Of a stretch of DNA of 64,000 bases, positions 23,401-34,880 are shown piece by piece. The position numbers were made by a program, and so were the translations under genes. The DNA comes from Chrysomallon squamiferum. Taxonomy: Eukaryota; Animalia; Mollusca. The notes beneath the pieces were generated by a model that was not told the DNA's origin, ran no database searches, and saw only the letters and a program-made list of their open reading frames with translations. The stretch lies in contig CM022671.1 in NCBI GenBank assembly GCA_012295275.1, forward strand, positions 26,102,001 through 26,166,000, given 5' to 3'. The first letter of the stretch is position 1; each line of letters begins with the position of its first letter.

Positions 23401-24067
23401 TATTATTATGTATATATTTTTTTTATGCTGGCTATCCTGAATAACTGTCTTTCCCTATAATATTTTATTTATACTTCTATTACAGAAAGGTCCAGCATCT
23501 GGTACTGATAAAGTTAAGAAAGGAGGATCATATCAATGTCATGAAGTGAGTACACCACTTGAAAAATAACCTTATATTCATCAGTAATTAAAAAAATATG
23601 TATTTTAAAATTTAGTTTTTAACCTTTCATTGCATAATTTATTAATGTTTTCATAAAATTAAATTCTTTGTTTACCAATTATTACGTTTATAAAACAAAT
23701 ACATATTCAGAGCAGCACTGGTTAATAATTTAATAATAAGGTATTAAACTAATAAAATCCTCGCTGCAGAATTAGTTCACTGATTAAAAAAAAAAACACA
23801 GATGATATATTCAACAGTAATAGATAAAAATGTGTCTTCAGAACTTAAACAAACATCAAAATTAAAATTTAACCTTCTGTCAAAACTTGCAACACAAGAA
23901 ACTGAAAATATATAAATTATTTAAATATATTTTCATTTAATTTATTTTATTTTCAGTCATACTGCTACAGATACAGGTGTGCTGCCCGAAGTCAAAACAC
24001 ACCAGACAGTTCATCTGCTAATTTAGGGTTTCGATGTGCTGCAGATAAACTGCCAGATTATCTTTAA
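19799..24067 (+). CDS. SUMF1: Formylglycine-generating enzyme (sulfatase-modifying factor 1), 8 exons, 375 aa
   Basis: Exons 19799-20242, 20655-20729, 21066-21148, 21521-21643, 22602-22716, 22986-23102, 23486-23545 and 23957-24067 (1128 nt). Signal peptide, N-terminal CGC motif, [60 protein letters not shown], catalytic [20 protein letters not shown] (both active-site Cys present, so not SUMF2) and NLGFRC. Confidence 0.97.
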
Positions 24068-25046
24068 CTACAGAATCCATGACAAGAGTTGTCTCTCTTA
24101 GATTGTTATATGGTTATATTCTACATAATTCCAGAGAGGTGTTCTTTATATAATTATAAATCACCGATTATAATACTTGACATATCATGTAATCCTTAAA
24201 TTAATTTAGTATCAGTTTGGAAATCACAGATCATGAGAAAAGCAGAGCTGATTTGTTAGTTGCAGCAGTGTGTATCTTTTGATTTTTAATTAGAATTGAT
24301 TCCAAATAGGTGATATGTAAATTTATAGAGAACGTGTAAAATAAGGAATTTTTATTGCTTTGCTTTGAAAATGAAATTTAATGTATTATTTCCATAAGAA
24401 CTTTGATTCTTATATGATCCATATATTCTGTGTCAATGGAAATGAAAATTATTATCAGTGCCTATATCTTATCGAATTTGTTATTTTAGATATTAATATT
24501 TATACAAAGTTTTTGACAGAAATTTAGATTTTTGGACATAATTTTTAAAATCTGAAATTGTAAGATGTTTTCTGAATAAAATAATTACTTTATTTGTCTT
24601 GTTAATTTTACTTTTGTTTATTTATACATGTACATTCATTTCACCTTATTTCCAGAAATAAGTTTCATATATATCTGCTTTGTAACGTTACTAAATAAAA
24701 AAATAAAAAACATTTTTAAATTTAAAATCTGCAATATGGTTGAAGATTCTCGTAACAGTATCATCAAAATAAATATACTTCAAAACATTAATTTATAACT
24801 ATCAGAAAATTATTAAATTTTTAATTTCACATACCATTATGTTTCAAAAAATGTATTCTTGTTGGACAAAATCAAATGAAAACAAAGAATTGAACTATAT
24901 AAATAATAAATTAAAATTATCCACTAATATATAAAATATTTATTGATTAAAACAAAAATTGGTACAAAAATATATTGAAATATAAATATATCAACAATTT
25001 TACTGACATTTTAATTTCAAAGATTTTAAATTTATATATCTAACAT

Positions 25047-26485
25047 CTACTCTGCAGCTGTGAATAATGAATCATCAAATGGTAGTACACCTCTACAAAC
25101 TGTACTTCCACATTTACAAATTTTATTCCAACTTTTCTTATTTTGTTCTTCACAAGATGTATTACTGTCATTTAAAACTGACAGGCTAAAATTTCTGCCA
25201 CTGTAGTCGTAACACAATTCTTCCCCTGAAGTGATATTTCTACATGCAAACAGTGCAAGCCTTGGGACATTATTGAACACCCTCACTGGAACCATTATCA
25301 AATTAGGGTCACATGAATGATTGATAAAACGCCCAATGTTGCCAATTTTTTCAGGATCGACAATAGTCCGTATTACACCTGCCGAACAAAATTCTTGCAG
25401 TACAAACAAATAATTCATTTCCTGACAAGTTTTATGTTGCACTCGATGACTGGCTTCTTGTTCTGATAATACCTCTCCAGCATATTCACAGACAAAATCA
25501 AATGCAGAGATATTTTCTTGTGTGTACAATCCGAAACCTTTTGCTTCAGTTTCAACAACAACCAGCTGGTATGAAATACCTTTTTGAACAACTCTGTTGC
25601 TACAAGTTTTTGGACAAGAACAGTTTTTGCTACATTCGACAATCACTTTTTTACTGTCAGGAGACAACAATTCTGGAAGAATTTTGCGACTTTCATCATA
25701 GTTTGGACCAAACTTTGTTATACATGAACAGTCTCTGCAACTCTCCTTACAGTCACAACCAGCCAAAAGTGTTTCAAAATCTTCATGTTTGCTATCAGGT
25801 CCTGGGATGTTGCAAGGCACATACTAAGAAATAAAGTGAAATGACTTTAGGAATTAGATATTTGTTATTTAATAATTTTTACAATCAAAGACAAATAGCT
25901 AACTTAAACATGTTTTTTAACACCAACATGTGATATATATATATGTATATGTATAACTTCTAATTCATCTTGTTAGTGATTGCTTAGTTATTTGATCATT
26001 AACTAACTAGGCGATGTTTAAGTAATATGAATAGGTATTTATCTACCTGAACTAATATTTATATTTCACAGTGACACACACACACACACACACACACACA
26101 CATCCATATTTTAAAAGGTAAATAAATAAATAAAAATTATTATTGACATTTTAATATCAGTTTATCTAATTACATTATATTCGACTTTTTTTTTTTAAAT
26201 CAGTTATAAAACCTACTCTGCTTTTATTTTTTATTTAAGTTATCGACGTAATTGAGTTTTCTTACGTGCATCATGCATGTATTAAATTTTAAATACTTAG
26301 ATACATAAAATATTAAATAGGTTTTGATATCAAATTCAATACCATCTAAAATAATTATTTACGTTAATAAATTACGGTATTACCTTGAATTTATTCAGAA
26401 TCTTAGTACGTAGTCTGTCATCAATGTAAACTGGAAATTTTTCGGTTCCTTCGCATAAATCATATTTAATGAAATTTTCAATCAT
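25047..26485 (-). CDS. SETMAR: SETMAR-type histone-lysine N-methyltransferase (pre-SET/SET/post-SET only, no mariner domain), 2 exons, 292 aa
   Basis: Exon 1 is 26485-26384 (MIENFIKYDLCEGTEKFPVYIDDRLRTKILNKFK|gtaat) and exon 2 is 25823-25047 (YVPCNIPGP...). Motifs: pre-SET GCDC...CSC...ECSKNCSCPKTCSNRVVQKG, KGFGL, EYAGEV, RFINHSCDPN, GEELCYDY and post-SET CKCGSTVCRGVLP. Confidence 0.9.
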
Positions 26486-26759
26486 TATGATCTTCTATAA
26501 TACATACGTGTGAAAGACACATGTTACTGTTTTGTACGGATGTAAGTCTTCAGCCTTCGAAGATTATTTTGTGTGTCATGTGATTCCGAAGTGAATAATT
26601 TTAAAGAGCGGTGATGTGCGAAATCACTCGCACTTGCTGCTCCGTGTAAAAACTGTTTCGCTATTTATCGTACTGTGTTAGTACTTAATTACATGAAAAG
26701 TACCAGTAACAACAACAACAACAACAATAATAAATGCATAAAATCATTACACTTAGTTA

Positions 26760-26856
26760 CGCTTATTTCTTTTTCTTTTTTTTTCTTTTTTTTCTTTTTT
26801 TAAATTTCACTATGTTACATTAAATTTTACTTCCATGATACATTTTAATTTTTTGG

Positions 26857-26892
<36 letters not shown>

Positions 26893-29800
26893 TTTTTAAA
26901 CAAAGAAATATAAAAAAAAAAAAAAAAAAATCAGTTTTAATTTTATTTCCATATTTTGGAAGTTTTAAAATTTTATTTGTATATTATTTTTTTAATTATT
27001 ATTTTTTGATTTTTATAATCATTCCAATAAATTTTAATTCTATGGAAAAAGTCTTAAAATTTCGGTTTCTTTGTTACTTATTGAAATGTTTTCCTTATTA
27101 CATGTTTAAATTTGTTATTTCAATCTTCCATATTTCACTGAATTTCTGTGATTTATTTCAGTTTTATTTCTGTGTCACTTTATTAAACAGATTCATATTA
27201 CTTCTTTATATTTTATTTCCATCTCACTTATAATTTTTCTATTATAACCTTACACTGTAAAATTCTTAGAATTTTTTGTCCATTCAGTTCCTTTTAATAT
27301 CTTTAAATTACTGCCAAATTACTTCATGAATTTCCATGTTTTGTTTTAAATTTTATTTCTGTGTTATGTCATTAAATTTTAGATTAATGTTATTTCTTTA
27401 CATTTTATGCGGTTATATTTTATTTCTACATTACTTTTAAAATCTATGGCAAAAGTCTTTAAATTTTGTGTCAATATTAATTACCTTAAAGTTTTTTTTC
27501 TATATTATCCTTTATCCTACAATCACACATCTGAAAATTTTATTCACATTTTAATTATTTATATTGTATTTATTTCCTCTTACATCTTTCACATTTATTT
27601 CTTCCATTAATTAAAATAAAATAGAATTTTACTTCCTTGATACTTCTTTCATTCATTCTTTTAAATTTCATATATATATAAAAAAAAAAATTATAATTTT
27701 TTATTTTGTTTTTAATCTTTTTAAAATCTCAATTTTGTTAATTTATTTCAAGAAGTTCTTAAATTCTTTTTAACTTATTAATTTATTATTATTATATATA
27801 GTTTTTTTTACATAGCAAAATTCTTTTATTAATTAATTAATTCATTTTTAAAATTAGTTTTTTACTGACTTCTTTATGTTTTAGTTTCATCTTAATTTTA
27901 TTTCCATGTTACTTTCTGAAATATTTTTCTAAATATTTCTATAACTTTGTAGAATTCATTTCTGTGTTATTGCATTAAAACTGATAATGTTTCCATATTA
28001 TTTCTGTACATTTTATTTCTATGTTATATGTTTACATTATAGGTGCATGTTACTGTTTTAAAAGTTACTTCGGTAGTACAAACTTTTTAAGTTTAGTTTA
28101 GAATAATTTCTTTGAATTTTATTCTACTATTACATCCTTAAATGTTATCCATCTTTCTTGTTTTATTTTGAATTTTGAATTAATTAATTATTTTTACATC
28201 CAAAATTAATTACTTTCTTAAATTTTTGTTTATTTTTGGTTTCTTAAATTTTATTTCCATTTCTTAATTTTTAATTTTATTTTATGTTTCTTTTTAAAAT
28301 TTTATTTCCTTATAATTCTTTAAGTTTTATTTACATCATGTTTCTTTTTAAAATTCTTTTTTAAATATTATTTACACATTACTTCTTTGAATTTTAGTTA
28401 TTTGTAATTTCTCTAAAAATTTTACCATTTAATTATTAAATTTTATTTTTTCATTAACTTTGCCCATAAACATCTTGAAAGTTATTTATTTAGAATATAT
28501 TTGTTATTTTTAAAATTTTGTTATGTCACTTCATGAAGATTTTTAGTTCTTTTTAGATTCATTTTTCAAGATTTTTAATTCTTTAAAAGTCTTTATATAT
28601 TACATTTTTTTGCACATATTTTAACGTTAATTTTTTTTTCATCTGGGATTTTGTTTTTTATATTATCTATATATTACTTCTTTCAAATTTATTTTATGAT
28701 TGAATTTTTATATCTTTGTTACTTATTTCTTTTGTTTCATTAGCACTATAAAATCCTTTCAATTTTAGTTCTGTCTTCTTCAAATTCTACTCAATTATGC
28801 TGATTGTGTGTTTCCACATTATGTCTTTTCTGATAAAAACATTTCCTATGTTATTTCTCTAAATAACTTTCCACATTATTTCCATGAATTTTGTTCAGTG
28901 TTGCATTTTAAAAATGTTTTCAAACTGTTGAAATTTTATTTGAATATAACTGTTTTTTACATTTTGTTACAGTTTAAGTTCTTTGCATTTTTCACATTCA
29001 TTTCTGTCATTATATTTCAGTTTATTTTCATCTTGTTTTTTTATTATTATTATTTTTTTTACTTCAATTAATCTCAACTTTATGTCATTTATTCTCAACT
29101 TTATTACTATTTCATTTACTTAAATAGTTTTTAAATTTAAATGTTTATTTGTTATTGTTTTTTAATTACAAAATTTATATTCATGATACTTTTCCAACTT
29201 TATTTCCATATAATTCTTATAAATTTAATTTTAAAGCAGATTATAAATTGCTTCTTTACATTTTTTCCAGTTATGTTTAAATTTGTTACTTTCATTAATA
29301 CTTTGTTTAAACCTTATATATTTTAGATCCACCTTCATTAATTTCCATGTTATTTCTTTAATTTTTATTTTGTGGTTTTGTTTTTATATCGATATATCAT
29401 GATAATTTTTTTATTTATGTAATTTTTTATTTTTTATCTTTGGCAGAATTTTAATTTTATTACCATCTTGATGTTTTAATATTTTATTTCCATCTGATTT
29501 CATTCAGTTTTTATTTGCATGTTATGTTTTCACATTTTTGCTTTGTAGCAGGCCTTTTTATATTTTTTTCTGTTGCAAAAATTTGAAATATTTAGTTTAT
29601 CTAATATTTTAAAATTTTGTTTTATGTTGTTTGTTTTTGTGGTAATTATATAATCAAATTCTTTCAATTTGAATTCAGTGTTATTCCATTCCATTTATTT
29701 ATGGGGTTTTTAAAATAATTTGTTTTTAAAAATCCTTTTACCTTTTTAGTGTTAAATAGATAAATTATATTTCATATGTGTAATGTATTTAAATATTATC

Positions 29801-30950
29801 TTTTGTCTGATTTATTTAAATCAGATTTATTTTACATCTTATTTCTTTCAATTTCAATGTTATGCTTTTAATTTTTAGATCATTGTAATTTCTTTCATAT
29901 TTTTACTCTTCTTATCCATGATAAAATTCTTTAAATTTTATTTCTATATATTTTTATTTTTCATCCTTTCAGTTTAATTATATCTATATTTATTTTTATT
30001 CCTTTTTTCATCTTTAAATTTGTCTGATATTATTTTTCTGAGTTGTTGTTGTTGGATTTTAGTTTTTTTAGATTTTGACATCTTTAAGTTTCACTACTTT
30101 AAATTTTAGTTTCCTTTAATTTCTTTAAATTTATATCAAACATACTTTTTACAAATTTTCTCACCTACATTACTTTTTAAATTTTATTTCCAAGTTAGTA
30201 CATTAAATTTTTGTTAGTTCATTGAAATTTTGTTTTTCAAATAAATTTTAATCGATGTTACATTTTTATATTTTATTTTATTCTTCAGGCTTCTTAGTTA
30301 AATTTTATTTACATATTATTTCTTTATAATTTTGTATATTAGTTTATTTTTTTTTTATTTCTTCTTTTTTTGTTGTTGTTGTTATTGTTGTTCTATGACC
30401 AAATCTAATTAATTTTATTTCTGTTATTTGTTTGCATGTTACTTTTCTTTTTTTTTAATTCTATTTTATTTTACATATTTTCTCATAGCACATTTAACAT
30501 TTAGATTTCCATGTTATTTCTTTTCATATATTTCCACATTTATTCTTTAAATTTTATTTCTATCTTGTTTTTATTTCACTTCTATGACAGGTCTTTCATG
30601 TTTATTACTGTGTTACTTTAGTAAAAAGTGAAAGATTTTTTCTGGTGAGAATACATTTTTAAAAAGTAACATGCAATAAAACAGAAAAAACAAAAAAAGG
30701 ATTTTAAGAAGTTAGATCAAAAATAGAGTAGAAAAATGTGTGTATTTCAATTTTATATCCTTAAATATTTCAAATTTTAGTTCCATGTTTTAAATTTTAT
30801 TTTCATCTTAGTTTTAAATTTTATTTTCATCTTACTTCTAAATTTCATTTTAATTTTATTTCCTTGTCCTTTCTGTAAATTTCGTTTGATATATATTTTT
30901 ATGTTCTTTCTAAAAAGAATTCCACATTACTTCTTTAAATGTATTTAATA
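26760..30950. repeat. About 4.2-kb strongly T-skewed degenerate minisatellite field
   Basis: Dozens of variants of (ctt)taaattttatttccatgttat(tt) occur with a period of roughly 25-30 bp, all in one orientation, e.g. near 26821, 26936, 27208, 27348, 27893, 28245, 29479, 30179, 30547 and 30791. Confidence 0.7.
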
Positions 30951-31779
30951 GTAACAAACTTTGTAATAAAATATAATAATTATTTTAATTTTTTTTAAAT
31001 TATAATTTTCAAATTAAATAGAATGGTTCAAAATACTTTTCAAAAATCATTCTTTCAGATTAAATACATTATTATGACAATAAAAGCAGCTTTTAAATCT
31101 AGGTTGTGATTGAGTTATATCACAATGCAAGTAAATATCTATTACATAATGCCATAATAGATTATTTCTGCTTTTGTTAAAGTCTGATCATTCACTTTGA
31201 GAATTTCATGCAAAGAGTAATTTTTTGATCATAGTGGTTTTACCATCTTAGAAATATATTTTTTTCTATATTTATGTGAATAACTGTAATAGACTGATGT
31301 TTAATAACTTTGTTCTGATTTTTTTTTTTTTAGTTTAATTGTTACTTGTCTGTGATGTTTTTGGGATAAAACCATGAGAGAGGATATCTTGTGTCAAAGT
31401 TCAAGGTTTCTTTTACCTATTAGCAGCAAGACATTTTTTTATATACACTTGCCCAAAAAGACAAGACTGGATATTTGATTCAGTGATGGAGTTCTAAGTG
31501 GAATGGAAAACAGCACAATAAGACCTTTGAGGAGAAGTGATCCATTGACAACTGGACAAAAAAATCATTTGTGCTAATCATCAACTTTATCGTTTTTGGT
31601 TTTTACTTATCTATTCTTACATTTTATTTTTTTTATTTTTTGGTAACTACTTGAAATTTGAATGAACATCAACTTTTATAAACATATCATTTATTTATTT
31701 AGAGTTCTTTGTGAAAATTTTATTTTTGGTTAAGATGGAAACCATTTCCGGCAGTTTTAAAAGAGTACGAGAACTGAAA

Positions 31780-32211
31780 ACATTCACTGTGGAAAGTCTG
31801 CAAGTAACTTTCTTACTGAGTGAGTGCAAGCTGTCTGGGCAGTTCCAAGTTGTTGCTGGGTTGTCCCATTTCCAACACGTGGCCTGCATTACTTGTTGGC
31901 ATTGTGAGCTGGAACAAGTAGGGTGTCACACATTTCTCTCTACCTAGCTGCTTCACACGTAGCAGTCTTCAAAGAGTGGAACTCACAGCAGTCTCTTTCT
32001 CTCCCTCTCTCTCTGACCTCGCTCTCAATAGCTTTGGGTGCTTCCAGTTTAATCGGTTTTCATTGCCTCTGCTGCAGATGATCATTCATTCTTCTGGAAT
32101 ACTGAGTGATTCACATATGTTTTGCTTCTCACCAGTGATCTCATTACCAAAGTTTTAGCTGCTTCATGTTATCCACTTCTGAGGATATATAATCTTTTCT
32201 TCAGATAACAT
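31780..32211 (+). other. Possible promoter / non-coding first exon of dystroglycan
   Basis: A locally GC-richer island with a CT-rich tract ends in a donor-like CAT|GTAAGA at 32211/32212, upstream of the acceptor tttgtttcag at 33396. There is no convincing coding frame. Confidence 0.3.
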
Positions 32212-32259
32212 GTAAGAGCATTTTCTTCTCGTTTTTGGCTTGACCAGCGTATGTTTTAA

Positions 32260-32940
32260 CGTAATTTTGTTAAAATTGGTGTGTTTATTTATCTGAAATA
32301 TAATTATTTTTGTATAGTTTTGCTAACATGACATGGTTTTGCCATCTGATGTTTATTTTAGAATTGTATCATTTCACTGATGTCTAAAATGTATTTTAGA
32401 TTATTTTTGTTGAAACACTTTGTTTTTATATATATATATATTGAAAATACTTTAGAATAATTTTGTTAAAATGGTATGTTTTTATATTGATATATAAATT
32501 TTAAAATAATATTGAAATGGTATGTTTTTTTTTGTCTGATATATATTTTACAGTAGTTCTTTTTTCGAAACGGTCTGTTTAAATTTGTTTATGTATTAAT
32601 TTGTTTAAACATCTTCTAAATATATATGTGATATTTTGGAATAAATGATATGATTATATATTTGAAGTATATTTAAGAATAATTTTGTTAAAACAGTATA
32701 CCATCTAAATATTTGTAACTAATGGAGAATTTCATTTCTTTTTTGTATTGTCTAATATTTGCTGTAGCTATTATGATTAATTTTGATAAAGCTGTATTTT
32801 CATACTGCTGATGTAATATGTAATAATGATTTTGTTAAAACAGTTTAATATATAAGCATTAGTAATTCATGTAGAATGTTATTTCTTTTATATGTTTTTG
32901 TCTAATATTTGCTGTAGCCATCATGATTGGTTTATTTTAA
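32260..32940. repeat. Degenerate AT-rich tandem repeat
   Basis: A taattttgttaaaa(t/c)(g/a)gt motif recurs near 32262, 32457, 32680 and 32829. The string tgtctaatatttgctgtagc is duplicated near 32749 and 32899. Confidence 0.5.
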
Positions 32941-33547
32941 TAATTTAAATACTTATTATTTCTCCATGAAGTTATAACGCAAGTGAATTTAAAAATAAAT
33001 CCAAACTGTTCATCATTCATAAAAATCTGAATTTAAATTTTTTATTTAAATAAAAACAAACAAACTTGATACTTTGGCACCCCCCCCCCTGAAATCAACC
33101 CAGCACTAACAAGCAATACAACAACAACTAAACAAAAACAAGTAAACAAAAAATAAATTAGGAATTAATGAATGGAATTATGGGAAGAATGTTCCACTTC
33201 AGTATAGCACTAACTAGACAAAGGCTACATAAAGTACTATGGTTCTTGTTGACTCACCATCTAACATGTCAAAATGTAATCCGCATCTGGCTTATCAACA
33301 TGACCCTAATTTAGAAAATGAGTGTCTATACCACTGGCTGGGTAGTAAATAATACTAAAACTGTTAATTGATATCTAACACATGTCTTTGTTTCAGACAT
33401 GCTCAAACTGAAGAATCAAACACACACTGTTGAGCATCTACAGGAAGACAGCATGAAGTCTCAGAAGAAAACAAAAGGCCTTGCAACTGGATTTAAGTGA
33501 TCAGCTTAAATTTTTTTTTTTTTTTAAAGAAAACAAAAGAATTAATA

Positions 33548-34845
33548 ATGTTTCAGAGTGATGTACCAGGTGGGATCTTTCTCTGTTTGCTGTTATGTCT
33601 GGCAGCAAACAATGGTGAAAGATATGATGGAGAAACTATGGTTGTTCAAAAAACTGTTTTGGATAGTGTCAGTTTAGGACTACCTGATACGACAGCATAT
33701 GTTGGAAAAATATTTCTGCTTTCTTTGGCAGACCATCCAGTTTTTGGTAGAGAGTCTGTCAAACTGAAGGTGAGATTTATTTATAGTTTTTATTAATAAT
33801 TCAAAAATAATAAAACAGAATAAATATGTTTGTTTTTTATTGGATTAAAACAAAAAACCACAGCAAAAGTATTTGCATTATAAATAAACAGTAAGATAAA
33901 ACATGCTATCATGGTCATGAGCTTGGAAAAGTGGACCTAAACAATATTTTTAAAATTTAGCAAATTTAGCAGTATTAGAATATGCATAACATTATTTAGC
34001 TACTCACATAATAAATATAAAGAAAGGTAGTTTAATACTATAAAATATGACAAAATGATAGCTTCAAGACCAAGTAATAATTAGTTTATTACAATATATA
34101 ACAAATGAACAAACATAATCTCAATTAGACCTACTTGTTACAGCATCAAATATATAATATATTCTTAGTGAAAATTCAAAAATCAAAATGAGACAGATAA
34201 GTTAACATTCAGCTGAAAAATAAAGGAAACTGAAATGGGTCATGACAAATGGGGAACATATTATAAACAATAGGTATGGGTGGGGTTTCTAAGTGTAAGT
34301 CACGTATCTCAATTGTTTCCAGTAAGTTCTACTTCTTTCAGCAACACACAGTGTCAATAGTCTTTTTTTCTATATATAACTGTAGTTATACTGCATGCAC
34401 TATTACATTTACCGCCAAAATTTAAAATTTAAAACTGAATGACTGTAAAAATAAAATGTATATATTCTGCTATATATATGTATGGATGTATGTATTGTCA
34501 GTGTGTGTGTGTGTGTGTGTGTGCGTGCACGTGCATGCACGTTTATAAATATAGGGAATAACTGGTTAAAGTCTTAAGATTTCAGCTTTACTCAGCAAAG
34601 GTAAGAATGCCCATTTGCAGCAAGCCTCTGCTGAGCTATTGAATCTGAGCAGGATAAAACTGATATATGAAGACCATAATCAGTTATAATGTGCATTTGA
34701 GATTTGAGCTGTTGGTATCTTATGGTATTTATTCTTGCAGTTTAAAATCATTGAAGAGTTTCAATTTTTGTGCCATTTTCTCCTACAATGCATTATTTGG
34801 AGGATGCAAGTATTTTGTCTTGCTTAGGGTGCACAATAGCCTGCA

Positions 34846-34880
<35 letters not shown>

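Noticed and set aside
26835-29326. Phe/Ile/Leu-rich ORFs as membrane proteins or a mitochondrial insertion
   Set aside because: They are by-products of the T-rich satellite, with no recognisable mitochondrial protein motifs.
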